Source: Camelus dromedarius (lineage: Eukaryota). Taken from it: 64,000 nucleotides of DNA. The stretch's first letter is position 1; the number at the start of each line of letters is the position of its first letter. Below are positions 1-14,139 of this stretch, in pieces. The notes beneath the pieces are model-generated. The model had not been told where the DNA came from. It saw only the letters and a list, made by a program, of their open reading frames with translations, and ran no database searches. The translations under genes and the position numbers were made by a program. The stretch is from NCBI RefSeq assembly GCF_036321535.1, contig NC_087437.1, forward strand, positions 65,164,001-65,228,000. The letters run 5' to 3'.

Positions 1-501
1 CTTCCTTTTGATGATTTTATCCTGATAATTTATCTCAAGCTGCTTGTTTGATCATTTACTTGTCTGTTAATGGCTGTCTTATCTAATATTTCCTACTCCA
101 ATAGATAGTTTAGGAAAAGGAATCCCATGACTTCCTTCTTGGTATGGGAATGAAATAAAAATTTAATTTCCTGCTTCCCTTTTTATTTTTAAGAAGTTCT
201 TAGGAGAAACAAAGAGGAATTTTAATTTGAAGAAAAAGTTTCCAAAGTGAAGAATATTTAGAAAATGAGTCTCAGGTTTCTTTAAGTCTTATGATTGTGA
301 CTTGAGCTCATTGCAGAATTAACAAGATGCCCTCAGAGGTCTAATTTGAGAGATGAAAACTGATTTTAAAAGTATTTAGCAGTTTTATGGTAAGAAGGTT
401 TGGACTGAAAAGTTTCAGGTTTTGGAAAATGCAGTTTTCAGTTAGGCTATTTCTTATAAAACATTTGATTGAGGCTTTTTCTTTCTTTTTTTTAAAAACA
501 G

Positions 502-3500
502 ATCAGCGTGGTTGATACTGCTGGGCTCAACAAGAGTAGCTGTTCCACTGAGGAAAGTGGACAAGATGTCCTAGAGAACACATTTTCTCAGAAGCATAAA
601 GAATTATCCATTTTATTGTTGGAAATGAAAGAAGCTCAAGAGGAGATTGCATTTCTTAAGTTGCAGCTTCAAGGCAAAAGGGCAGAGGGTGACCCTGAAG
701 TCCTTGGTCAGAAAGAAACAAAACAGATAGAGTGTGAAGGAATACCTCCAGTTGAAATGACAGTATTGCTTGAAGATACAGGGCAACCATTACCCCCAGT
801 GCCAGGTGAAGAGAGCAGTCTTCCAACAACTGAAAAAGAAGAGCAGATGAGCACTAAACAGCAACACAGAGCATCTGAGGAAATATCTTTAAATGATGCT
901 GGAATGGAATTAAAATCAACAAAGCAGGATGATGAGGATAAACCCCCTTCTGCCATACAAGATGTTTGTCAGTGTCACCAGGATGAACTGGAAAGGCTAA
1001 AAGGTCAAATTTTGGAGCTTGAGATAAACTTTCATAAAGCAGAAGAAATCTATGAGAAAAGTTTAGATGAAAAAGCTAAGGAAATAGGCAACCTAACCCA
1101 GATGATTGAAGAGTTTAAGAAAAATGCTGAAAACACCAATAGTGCACTCACTGCTTTGTCTGAAGAAAGAGACCAGCTCCTTTCTCAGGTGAAGGAACTT
1201 AGTGTGGTAACAGAACTCAGGGCTCAGGTACAGCAACTGGAAGTGAACCTTGCAGAAGCAGAAAGGCAAAGAAGACTTGACTATGAGAGTCAGACTGCTC
1301 ATAGCAGCTTGCTTACTGAACAAATCCACAGTCTCAGCATAGAAGCTAAATCTAAAGATGTGAAGATTGAAGTTTTACAGAACGAACTGGATGATGTGCA
1401 GGTTCAGTTTTCCGAGCAGAGTACTTTGATCAAAAGCCTGCAAAGCCAGCTGCAGAAGAAGGAAAGGGAAGTGCTTGATGGAGCGGAACGTGTGAGGGAC
1501 GTCTCAACTAAGATGGAAGAACTGTCACAGGCTCTTTCACAGAGGGAACTTGAAATAGCAAAACTGGATCAACTCTTACTAGAGAAGAAGAAAGATGTAG
1601 AAACCCTCCAGCAAGCTATCGAGGAGAAGGATCAGCAAGTAACAGAAATCAGCTTTAGTATGACTGAGAAGATGGTCCAGCTTAATGAAGAGAAGTTTTC
1701 TCTTGGGGTTGAAATTAAAACCCTTAAAGAACAGCTGAATTTATTATCCAGAGCTGAAGAGGCCAAAAAAGAGCAGGTGGAAGAAGATAAAGAAATTGTT
1801 TCTGGCATCAAACAGAATTATGATGAGTTGAATCCAGCAGGGCTAATAAGTAAAGAAGAACTTCAGCGTGAATTAGACCTTGTAAAGAAAGAAAGCGAGC
1901 AGAGAAAGAGAAAACTCCAGGCAGCTCTTATTAACAGAAAGGAACTTCTACAGCAAGTCAGCAAATTAGAGGAGGAATTGGCCAAAGTGAAAGACGAACC
2001 CAGGAAAGAGATTCCCCTCCATGAGAGTGAGAGGAAGGAAATGGAGGAAGATAAAGAAAGCAAAGAAGACTTAGAAAAATGTGTGACTTCTCACTGCCAA
2101 GAAATGGAAATGTCTTTGAAACAGACAGTATTTGAGAAGGAAGTGGAACTAGAGCGTGTAAGGAAGGATTTGGAGGAAAAGGCAGCAGCTGAAGAACAGT
2201 TACAGGCTGTGGTCAAACAGATGAATCAGAACTTGCAAGAGAAGACAAACCAAATAGATTTGCTCCAAGCAGAAATCATTGAAAACCAAGCAGTTATCCA
2301 AAAGTTAACCACAGATACTAAGGATGCAGGTGATGGTGACTCGGCAGCACCTATAAAAGAAGCAGTGGCCATCAGTCCACATGGTTCAGGTAGTGGTGAA
2401 CACTGGAAACCGGAACTGGAAGGAAAAATATTAGACCTTGAAAAAGAAAAGGAACAACTTCAAAAGAAGCTACAGGAAGTATTAACCTCTCGCAAGGTGA
2501 TTCTAAAAAAGGCACAGGCGAAAGAAAGACATCTGAGGGAGGAGCTAAAGCAACAGAAAGATGAATATAATCGCTTGCAAGAACAGTTTGATGAGCAAAG
2601 CAAGGAAAATGAGAACATTGGGGACCAACTAAGGCAACTCCAGAGTCAAGTAAAGGAGTCTATGGACAGAAAATTCCCAAGCAGTGGCCAGCAGGAACCA
2701 GGCTCTCCTACCCAAGGTTTAGAAGAACCTTTATCCAAAGCTACAGAGCAGCAACCTGCTCAGCCTTTTTCAGAGTCTGACTTGTGCCCAGACTGGCCCT
2801 CCCATTCTGGAGATACAAGTGCTCTGCAGGGCAATGCGGCTATTGCCCAAATTAAGACCCAGCTGGAAGAAACAGAGGCTGAGAAAGAACAGTTAGAATT
2901 GAAACTCAGCTCTACGACAAGTGAGCTGACTGAAAAATCAGAAGAGGTGTTTCAGTTACAAGAGCAGATAAATAAACAGGATTTTGAAATCCAGAGTCTC
3001 AAGACAGCGTCCCATGAAGCTGAAGCCCATGCAGAAAGCCTAAGGCAGAAACTGGAAAGCAGTCAACTAGAAATCGCTGGGCTGGAACATTTAAGAGAAT
3101 TACAGCCTGAACTGGACAAACTGCGAAAACTCATAAGCAAAAAGGAAGAAGAAGTTACATACCTTTCTGGACAGCTGAGCGAGAAAGCAGCAGCCCTTAC
3201 TAAAGTACAGACAGAGAGAACAGAGCAAGAGGATTTAATGAAAGCTCTGCACATGCAGCTGGAAATGCAAGCTAAAGAACATGATGAGAAGATAAAGCAT
3301 TTACAGGTGGAGCTCTGCGAAATGAAGCAAAAACCAGAAGAGACTGAAGAAGAAAGTAAAGCAAAGCAACAAATACAGAGGAAATTGCAAGCTGCTCTTA
3401 TTTCTCGAAAAGAAGCACTAAAAGAAAACAAAAGCCTCCAGGAGGAGTTGTCTTTGGCCAGAAATACTATTGAACATCTCACTAAGTCTCTGGCAGATGT

Positions 3501-5699
3501 GGAAAACCAAGTTTCTGCTCAAAATAAAGAAAAGGATGTATTCTTAGGAAAGTTAGCTCTTCTTCAGGAGGAAAGAGACAAACTCATTACAGAAGTGGAC
3601 AGATCTTTAATGGAAAATCAAAGTCTGAATGGTTCTTGTGAAAGTCTGAAATTAGCTCTAGAGGGTCTTACTGAAGACAAGGAAAACTTAGTGAAGGAAC
3701 TTGAGTCTTTGAAGTGTTCTAAGATTGCAGAAAACACTGAGTGGCAAGAGAAACACAAGGAGTTACAGAAAGAATATGAAATTCTTCTGCAGTCCTATGA
3801 GAATATTAGTAACGAGGCGGAAAGGATTCAGCATGTGGTGGAAACAGTGAGGCAAGAGAAGCAAGAACTGTATGGCAAGTTAAGAAGCACAGAAGCAAAC
3901 AAGAAGGAGACAGAAAAACAGTTGCAGGAAGCTGAACAGGAAATGGAGGAGATGAAAGAAAAGATGAGAAAGTTTGCTAAATCTAAACAGCAGAAAATCC
4001 TAGAGTTGGAAGAAGAGAATGACCGGCTTAGAGCAGAGGTGAACCCTGCAGGAGGTACATCTAAAGATAGTATGGAAGCACTTCTTTCTTCCAATTCTGA
4101 CCTGAAGGAGGAACTAGAAAGGGTCAAAACAGAGTATAAAACTCTTTCTAAGGAGTTTGAGGCTTTAACAACTGAGAAGAACTCTTTAATTGAAGAGGTT
4201 CAAGATTTAAAACATCAGATAGAAGGTATTGTGTCCCAAAAAGCTAGCCTAGAGGCCACCGAGAAACATGATAACCAAATGGACGTCACTGAAGAGGCAA
4301 CCCGATCTGTTCCAGGTGAGGCTAGTAAGCAAGACTCTCCAAGTATGAGCACAAGGCCTGAAAATTCAGAATCCGTTCTGTCAGAGAACAGTGCCAGGCT
4401 TGATATACGTGAGAATGTCAGCTTACATGATGAAATTAATAACTACTTACAGCAGATTGATCAGCTCAAAGAAAGAATTACTGAATTAGAGGAGGAGAAG
4501 CAGAAAGACAGGGAATTTAGCCAAACTTTAGAAAATGAGAGAGATGCTTTATTGAGTCAGAAAGCAGCAAAGGATGATGAACTAAAAATGCTTCAGGAAG
4601 AAGTAAACAAAATGAACCTGTTAAATGAGCAAATCCAAGAAGAACTTGCCAGAGTTACCAAGCTAAAGCAGACAGCAGAAGAAGAGAAAGATGATTTGGA
4701 AGAAAGGCTTATGAATCAATTAGCAGAACTTAATGGAAGCATTGGGAATTATTATCAGGATGTTACAGATGCCCAAATAAAAAATGAGCTTCTAGAATCT
4801 GAAATGCAGAACCTTAAAAAGTGTGTGAGTGAATTGGAAGAAGAAAAGCAGCAGTTAGTCAAGGAGAAAACTAAGGTGGAATCAGAAATACGAAAGGAAT
4901 ATATGGAGAAAATACAAGGTGCTCAGAAAGGGCCTGGCAATAAGAGCCATGCAAAGGAACTTCAGGAGCTGTTAAAGGAAAAACAGCAAGAGGTAAAGCA
5001 GCTGCAGAAGGATTGCATCAGGTACCAAGAGAAAATAAGTGCTCTGGAGAGAACTGTTAAGGCCCTAGAATTTGTTCAGACTGAGTCCCAAAAAGATTTA
5101 GAAATAACCAAAGAAAACCTGGCTCAAACCAATGAGCAGCGCAAGAAGGCAGAAACAGAATTAGCTAGCTTCAAAGTACTGCTCGATGATACTCAAAGTG
5201 AAGCAGCAAGGGTCCTAGCAGACAATCTCAAGTTGAAAAAGGAGCTTCAGTCAAATAAAGAATCAGTTAAAAGCCAAATGAAACAAAAAGATGAAGATCT
5301 TGAGCGGAGACTGGAGCAGGTAGAAGAGAAACACCTGAAAGAGAAGAAGAATATGCAAGAGAAACTGGATGCTTTGAGTAGAGAAAAAGTCCACTTAGAA
5401 GAGACATTTGGAGAGATTCAGTTTACTTTGAACAAGAAAGACAGGGAAGTTAAGCAACTTCAGGAAAACTTGGATAGTACTGTGGCCCAGCTTGCAGCTT
5501 TCACTAAGAGCATGTCTTCCCTCCAGGACGATCGGGACAGGGTGATAGATGAAGCCAAGAAATGGGAGAGGAAGTTCAGTGATGCTATTCAAACCAAAGA
5601 AGAAGAAATTCGACTTAAAGAGGAGAATTGCAGTGTTCTAAAGGATCAGCTTAGACAGATGTCCATCCACATGGAGGAATTGAAGATCAACATTTCTAG
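502..5699 (+). CDS. GOLGB1: Giantin (golgin B1) giant internal coiled-coil exon, 5198 nt (probably human exon 13 equivalent); the gene starts upstream of the window
   Basis: 1731-aa E/K/Q/L-rich ORF with giantin motifs (ELSILLLEMKEAQEEIAFLK, repeated RKLQAALI). Acceptor tttaaaaacag|ATC at 501/502 (phase 0); donor TCTAG|gtaaat at 5699/5700 (phase 2). Confidence 0.97.
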
Positions 5700-6577
5700 G
5701 TAAATGAAACTTATTGTTTACACTTCCAAAGTAATTGAAGGCAAAAGAAGTCTCTATTTAAACTATTTCTATTCCCTTTAGTATTATGGAACTAATGTTG
5801 GTTTAAATTTCCCCAGAAGATATATTCTCTCTCACTTCTGACTCTCCCCCCCCCCCATTTTTTGGAGGGGGCAGCGAATTACTTTTTGTTACAACTTGTA
5901 CTAAGATGAAAAATTCACATCTGCTTCTCTTCCCATCTTTCTATTGAGAGATCTCATAGATTTCTCCCTTCTCATTTCCATTTCCATTATCCATGTCGGA
6001 ATGTTTTACCATGGTACAAATGATTGTACTCCCCAAATTATTGCCTTAGCCTCTGAAATGATTGCCTCTTTTTTCTTCCCCACATTCCACATCAATTCAT
6101 ACTGCATATACCTGCTAGAGGTATTTTCCTCAAACTCCAATTTTACATCAGTTTTCAAACTTGAGAACTGACAATGTCCCCCACACTTTGCATTCTTTCA
6201 TTTTTATTAGAATCCTTCTGCTCTGAGAGAGTTTTCCTCATTGTCTCTCATTCCAAGATTATTCTTTTAATAGGCCAGACAATATCTTGTGTAAAGCAAA
6301 GTAAACCCAAATTTGGGACACTTTTCAGAGTGTCCCAAGCTTTGTCACTAAATTAGCAAGATACTTTGGAGTTTATGATTTAAATATGTGAATTCTTAGG
6401 TGCAATATGCCTTTAGTACAAAGCATTCAGTAGAACTAATATCTCTATTAAAAAGACGAACACCTTCAATTATGAATATTTGTTCATTGGCAGATCTGAG
6501 TACATGTTGTAGTATGTGTTCTTTAGACAGCAAGTACTTTTCCCTTGAAATCTGTAATTAATGACCTGTTTTTCCAG

Positions 6578-8492
6578 GCTTGAACATGACAAACAGACTT
6601 GGGAATCCAAAGCCCAGACGGAGGTCCAGCTTCAACAGAAGGTCTGTGATACTCTACAGGGGGAAAACAAAGAACTTTTGTCCCAGCTAGAAGAGACTCG
6701 ACATCTATACCATAATTCTCAGGATGAATTAGCTAAGTTGGAATCTGAACTTAAGATTCTCAGAGACCAGTCGACTGATTTAAATAACTCTTTAGAAAAA
6801 TATAAGGAAAATAAAGAAAATTTGGAAGGGATCATAAAGCAGCAAGAGGCTGATATCCAAAATTGTAAGTTCAGTTATGAACAGCTAGAGACTGATCTTC
6901 AGGCCTCCAAACAACTGACCAGTAGGCTGCATGAAGAAATAAACATGAAAGAGCAGAAGATTATAAGCCTGCTTTCTGCCAAGGAGCAGGCAATCCAAGT
7001 AGCTGTTGCTGAACTACATCAACAGCATGATAAAGAAATTAAAGAGTTAGAAAATCTGCTGTCTCAGGAGGAAGAGGAGAATACTGTCTTAGAAGAGGAG
7101 AACAAAAAAGCTGTTGACAAAACCAATCAGCTTATGGAAACACTGAAAAACATGAAAAAAGAGAACATGCAGCAGAAGGCTCAGTTGAGTTCCTTCGTTA
7201 AGTCCATGTCTTCTCTCCAGGATGACCGAGACCGCATAGTAGGTGACTACCAAAAGCTGGAAGAGCGACACCTCTCCGTGATCTTGGAGAAAGACCAACT
7301 CATCCAAGATGCTGCTACTGAGAATAATAGGCTTAAGGAAGAAATTCGAAGCTTAAGAAGTCATATGGATGATCTCAATTCTGAGAATGCCAAGCTAGAT
7401 GCAGAGCTGATCCAATACAGAGAGGACCTGAACCAAGTTATATCCAGAAAAGATTGTCAGCAAAAGCAGCTCCTTGAAGCTCAACTTCAGCAAACTAAGG
7501 AGCTGAAAAGTGAATATGCTAAATTAGAAGAAAAGCTCAAGGAGTCTGAAGAAGCAAAGGAGGATCTTCAGAGGTCCTCTCTTGTCCTACAGGAGGAGAA
7601 ACAAGGTTTATCAAAAGAGATTGAGAACTTGAAAGGGTCTATATCCCAACTAAAGAAACAATTGACAGCCTTGCAAGAAGAGGGTACTTTAGGAATATTT
7701 CAGGCCCAATTGAAAGTTAAAGAAGAAGAGGTACAGAAGTTAACTACTACCCTTTCCTCCTCTCAGAAGAGAATTACAGAACTGGAAGAGGAACTGGTTC
7801 ATGTTCAGAAGGATGCTGCCAAGAAGGTAGGTGAAATTGAAGATAAACTAAAGAAAGAATTAAAGCACCTCCATCATGATGCAGGGATAATGCGAAATGA
7901 AACTGAAACAGCAGAAGAGAGAGTGGCAGAGCTAGCAAGAGATCTGGTGGAGATGGAACAGAAATTACTCATGGTCACCAAAGAAAATAAAGATCTCACA
8001 GCACAAATCCAGTCTTTTGGAAGGTCTATGAGTTCCCTACAGAATAGTAGAGATCATGCCCATGAGGAGCTTGATGAACTGAGAAGGAAACACGACTCCA
8101 GTCTGAAGGAGTTGGCACAGCTGCGAGAAGCACAGGGCCTTTTAAACAGAGAGAGAGATGTTCTTGTTGCTAAAGCTGCATTTCCAGTGAACTCCACTGA
8201 GGATAGCAGCTTGCCTCACCTTGAGAAACTTAACCAACAGCTTCTATCCAAAGATGAGCAGCTGCTTCACTTGTCCTCACAACTAGAAGATTCTTACAAT
8301 CAAGTGCAGTCCTTTTCCAAAGCTATGGCCAGTCTGCAGAACGAGAGAGATTGCCTGTTGAATGAACTGGAGAAATTCCGCAAATCAGAGGAAGGGAAGC
8401 AGAGGTCTGCAGCCCAGCCTGCAACCAACCCAGCTGAAGTACAGAGTTTAAAAAAAGCTATGTCATCACTCCAAAATGACAGAGACCGGCTA
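6578..8492 (+). CDS. GOLGB1: Giantin large coiled-coil exon, 1915 nt
   Basis: Acceptor ttttccag|G CTT GAA completes the Arg codon from the previous exon; ORF LEHDKQTWESK...QNDRDRL; donor CTA|gtaagt. Confidence 0.97.
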
Positions 8493-11400
8493 GTAAGTGT
8501 CTAGTTTTCTCTTTCCAATCTTCGTTAGAGAGTTTTTGAACCTTTCTTTCAATTGATTTTCATTTTTGTAGAAAAGGATAAACACATTTTTATACATATG
8601 ATCTGGGCATATCCCATAGGTTTGATCTTGGAGAAACAGAAACATTATTTAAATTACTTTAAATCTGCCATTGCTGTTTTAAAAAAATTACAGATTTCCT
8701 TTGCATAAAACCCTCCATTGGTTATAAAAGTAGATGGGGTAGGAGATAGAGAACTTTTTATATAATTTATACATGCATGTATAAATGTGTGCAGAATTTG
8801 TAATAGTTTAATTGAATGAAAGTTTCAGGATCACTTAGTCCCTTCTTAGGTGACAGTTTAGCAAAATCTGGTAGAATTAAGGGTAAAGAAGACTCAGCTT
8901 ATCTCGTATTTATGTATAACTCAGCCCTAATTTGTCAAAAAAAAAAGTATAAATGACTATAGTAAAGCTTTATTTGCAGATTGAACCATTTATCCACTTC
9001 CCTTTAATTACCCAACTTTTCTTTAATCTGAGAGAAGGATAAGGAGATCTTTCATGCTAAAATTGTGCTGCTTCTATTAGAATCCAGACTTTACTCCAGG
9101 TCTTTTTTTCCTGAAAACATCTAGGTCATCAAGATTTAGAGGCAAAAGCTGAAACTATATATACGCACTCAGCCAGGTTGTCAGGGGATTCTACTTTGTG
9201 ACGTTACTCTCTTCACTTTAATGACGATCTCTTAACTCTGTCAAGGGCATGTACTTAAGCCCAAATAGGAAATAAATTGAGCTTCAAAGGCTCGATTTTC
9301 TATTTTTAAATCTAGAATATGAAAATTCTAGTTTTGAAGATTAACCTTAAGGGATAAGATCATTCTTCCTAACTGTAAAATCTTATGCAAAATTTTCTTT
9401 TTCTTTGTAGGTAATGTGTTCATTCATGTTACATTTAATATTGAATATTTATAGAGTCTTTTTCCTTTTATAATCTGAACAAAGTCCCCCATTTCAGCTG
9501 TGGTTTTGACATCAATGCAATGTAGGCATATTTGTTTATATTTTTAAAATAGTTTAAACTTAGCTAACTTTGTCCCAGGAGCTTAACCTTTTGTCATCAC
9601 TTTCAGAATGCAAGTGCAAAAGACTTTTATCGGACAGTGTATACCTCAAAGCTCTAATTTATAGCACCCAGGTGATGATTATCTTCTAAGTCGAACTCTT
9701 TTTCCTGAACACTGTTAGGATAGATTCTGAATTAGCTATGTTTCATTCAGTGAATTGCTTTACTATTCTTATCTGTTGTAAACACTAGGGACTAAACTTT
9801 GTCTCTCAACTGCTGTTTTACATTTTTGTTTGCAGGATATTTATAAGCCAAGCCAGCATTTTATTTCTATATAAATCATAGTAATGTTCTTCTGTTCCCT
9901 AAGGCTCGTAATTTTATTTCATTTAATCATCAAGGTCTGTCATTTCTTTATTTGCAATGTGCCTCAAATATTTCTTTTTTCTTTCCATCCTCAACATCTT
10001 AGGATAAGTTCCTAACACCTTACCCTTGTAATACTGCTGCTCCCAGTTTGTTACCCCTTCAATACATTGTATATATCATTTCTGAATAGACTTTCTGAAA
10101 TGACTTTAGTACTGCACTGTTCAATAACCTTTAAAAATTGTTCTAGCTTTAGAGCAGGTTTAGAATTGAAACCTCTTAGTCTGGTTTTTAAGACCCTATA
10201 ATTTGTATTTGCCTCTTTCCAGCCTTCCCTTTTACTGCTTTCCTCCTCATAGTCTTCATTTCAGCCAAACTGATCTACTCACTCTGCAGTAGTCATATCC
10301 AGTACTTCCTGCTTACCCACATTACTAATCTCTCAACCAAAATGTCCTCTCCATTTTCCTTTTTTGGGCAAATATTTCCCACTCTTCAAAGGTCGCCCCA
10401 GAGCATAAATCCTCTGGTTACATTTCTGGGTCACTTGATTGTCCATTACCTTCTGTTTGTGCTTCCCTAGTGCTTCTCTTTTCATTGTCCCATATTGCCT
10501 TGATGTGTATGGGGGTGTGTGTGTTTAATTTCTATACCATTGTTTTTTATTTCCCCAATTAAATTGCAAACTTCTGGTAAGTAAGTGTCATATCTCCTAC
10601 TTGTTCATACTTCGCATGGTTTTTAGCATAAGGGTAGTTAATTATATGGTAGATAAACAATTGATGGGCATTCTCTGTATGTGTGCTTGTTATTGAGAAC
10701 ACTGTGTTCTCCATTTTGTAAAATTGTTATATAGGGATTATAGGAACTTTTGAGACTGAGGCTTTTACATCTGCCATGAGTAAATCATAAAGCCTAGGCA
10801 AGGGTGTAAATCATGTGAAGGCCCGACAGTCTGCCTCAGCAATATTGCATACAGGGTCTGCTACAGTCTGCTGAGGCCCTTCTGCATGCTAACTGAATGT
10901 ATTACTAACTGTCCATCAACTCTTTCCTTTTCCACATACCTTGTTCTCAGTCTGTCTCATGAGCGTTGATGTTTCTGGTCTCTCAGTCACTGGCTGCATA
11001 TGCAATAACTTACTTCAATCACTATCAGTTTAAATATTCAGCCTAGGCCATCAGTTTGTCACCTCTGCTTATACTACACTTCCCTCAGGACCACCCCAGA
11101 GATGAGCTGGATGTGAAAGGAGTTTAGGTTACTTTGGTTCTCTTCTTTACTTAGTCAAGGGGGAGTTTCCCAAATAACACATGAGGGTCTGAGTGGCAAG
11201 GAATTAGCCTAGGGTATTCTACTAGTGTGTAACAAACAATTCTGAAAACATTCCAGAGTTTTAATATCTGTCCAAACTTTCTTAGGACTCTCCCATAATC
11301 CAGTGAATCACTTAGGTAATTCCTGCCTAACGGCTGGAGAGCAAATCTCAAGAGGTACCTTTTTGTTTATCTGTACTCACTTCATTCTCAAAATGATTTG

Positions 11401-13032
11401 AGGTAGCATATAAAGATATGAACAATTTTTCAAGGTAAGATAATACAAGGAATTGGGAAGGAAGACAAAAAGATTAAACCAGGAGTAAGTTCAGTGTCCC
11501 AAGGAGATATCATAATATCCTATTAGAAAGATGGACCACTAATTTTGCTCTGAGCTCTGGCAGTCATCAGAAGTGGGAGATTGCAAAACTATGTGCATAA
11601 ATTGCAGTATCCATATTTTACAGAAAAGGAAAAAGGGGAAACTACTTGGAACAGATAAGAATAGTTATTCTTTAAGTATTGAGGCCTGCAAGAAGTTTCT
11701 TCTGTGTTTCCATAGAGAGTACACTATGAAGTTGTGAAACATTCTTTACTTCTCTGCAATAAATATAGCTTTGTTCTATAGGGATTTTATTTAGCTGTTC
11801 CTTAATGTAAGCACGTAGGGAAAGAATTTTGTGTAATTCACTAAAAAAGTACCTCTACAAGTGACTAAAATGCAGTCCCAGGCACACAGCTTTCTGATGA
11901 TCTTCGATTCCAAGGATAACATTTAGAGTATCTGGACTAGAGGAATGAGTGGATTGCATAAAGAATATATGTTTGCTTTAAAACAAAATAAAAATATGGT
12001 TTCATTTTAGTTTTTGGTTAAAAAATAAAGCTATACATACATATTTAACAAGTCACTACATCTTACAATGTTTGATGAGAAAAACAAGCAGTAGCATTTG
12101 CAACCCTGTTTCTCCTTCTGAGGCAATTTGCTTTCAGCCCTTTTATTATTTTGGTGTTTCTTCAATATCTAAATATCATGCTTACAGTGCATCTTGGCTT
12201 TTCATTCTTTGTGTTAGCTATTAACTTTCTTTTACGTTAACAGGGTTTAGTTCTCTTAACCCACTCTTTGTATGCTATACTGTACTTTCCACAGTATATG
12301 TGCACTTTGTCAGTATACAACCTCTTCCCTATTCTCCTGGTGTAATTTAATCTTAGTTTGATTAATCAGTATTTGATGTTTACATTTCTATGACAAGAGC
12401 TATTAGACCTGAGACGTGTTACTTTTATTTTCCTCAGTATCTTTGTTTTTCTTGGAGTTAATAACTGCTTTTGTTGTCACTACGTACTTAGTTTTCTTTG
12501 TGGCATACTAATATAATGTAAGCCCACATTTACTGCCGTTTATCCACATCTGTCAAGATGTTTATTCCTATCTGTTTTGTCCTCAGGAAGAAAATTCTAT
12601 TGAAGTCTCTTTGTTGCTCTTTTATGAACCAGCTGTCCTGTATTCCTAGGACAGTTTTCATCCTAGAATATCTCCATTCATTTCTCTCCTGTATTAGATC
12701 TCCTGTGTCTTGTATTCCATGTTTTCCTTGTCTTGGTTTTGTGCCATCATTATATTGGAATAAATCATTTAGTAGCTCTCTAAGAAATGATATGGGGGAG
12801 GTAAATTTATTGAAAATGTCTTTTCATCTCATACCTAATTGGTACTCCGGGTATAGAATTATAGGCTGAAAATAATTTCCCTTCAAAATTGTTAAGACAT
12901 TGCTCTGTTCCCTTTTAGCTTTCATTGTGGTTCAGGAGTCTAGAGCTTTTCTGATCCTTGATCCTTTTTACGTGATCTGTCTTTGTCTCTGTCTCCTTCC
13001 CTCCCTCATCTCTCATCTACCTCTCTAGAAAT

Positions 13033-13215
13033 ACAGTTGGACCTTGAGCAACATGGCTTTAAATCCGTGGGTTCACTTATACATGGATATTTTCCTCTGT
13101 CTAGTAAATACTACAGTACTACACCATCAGGGATTGGCTGACTCCCTGAATGTAGAACCACAGAAACAAAGGAACTGCATATACTGAGGGCTGGCTATAA
13201 AGTATACATAGATTT
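13033..13215. mobile_element. Tigger-family DNA transposon remnant (MER8-like)
   Basis: Begins TA-cagttggaccttgagcaacatgg, resembling a Tigger terminal inverted repeat; internal ttcacttatacatggat and tacagtactacac. Confidence 0.6.
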
Positions 13216-13935
13216 TTTATTTTTTTTGCTATACTTTGGGGAGATTTTCTCACCTTCATTTAAGAATCCTATATTGAATTTTCATTTTTCTCTCATGTTC
13301 CTGATTTCTAAGGATTTTTTTTTTGTCTCATGGTTATATGTTTTTAATTTCTCTCTCAAGAATAGTGGTGATAGTTTTGTTCTTTGAAATTTTTTCATAA
13401 TGAATTTTTCTTTATAATTTTTTATCTCTGCTATGTTTCTAACTTCCAATATTCTCTCTTAAGTCTTTGGATGTATGATAGTCTTTATAATCAACATCAG
13501 CTAAGCTAGAATTAAGGTTGGTATCCATGTAGGAAAGTTTAGAAGCCTCGCCAGGGCACATGACTAAACAAAGTCATTCTATCTTTACACTTCTTGTTCT
13601 AGGGAGCTATCACCCACCAAGAAGCTGTAAGTCTATCCCATCTCAGAGTTATAGATCTAGAGTCAACTTAGGACTTAGGGCCAGGGGGCTGGGATAGAAG
13701 TTGCAGAAGTGGTCAGGCTCTGCAGCCTTGATGGCCACTCCATGGGGAGATTCCCACCAGCCTGGCTGCATGTATTTCACCATTTTGGAGATTTCGTGCT
13801 GCAGGGATGTCACTGGACTGTCTGGTGCTGGAAGTCCGTTGTGGTGTTGACTGACTTAGTAGGGAACTGCTGATGACTTACAGCTAGGTGAAGGAAATGT
13901 GGTGAATCAACCTTCTACTTTCCTTTTGGTTAAAG

Positions 13936-14114
13936 CTGAAGGAACTGAAGAATCTGCAGCAGCAGTACTTACAGATTAATCAAGAAATCACTGAGCTACG
14001 TCCATTGAAGGCTCAACTTCAGGAGTATCAAGATAAAACAAAAACATTTCAGATAATGCAAGAAGAGCTCAGGCAGGAAAACCTCTCCTGGCAGAATGAG
14101 CTGCATCAGCTCAG
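13936..14114 (+). CDS. GOLGB1: Giantin coding exon (LKELKNLQQQY...ELHQLR)
   Basis: taaag|CTG acceptor, CTCAG|gtatgg donor; phase 0 to 2, consistent with neighbours. Confidence 0.93.
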
Positions 14115-14139
14115 GTATGGTAATCCCTGCTTTTTAACT

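Noticed and set aside
708..7307. Multiple minus-strand ORFs (66-139 aa) opposite the GOLGB1 exons
   Set aside because: Ser/Leu/Phe-rich shadow frames produced by GAA/AAG/CAG-rich coiled-coil codons; no independent gene signals.
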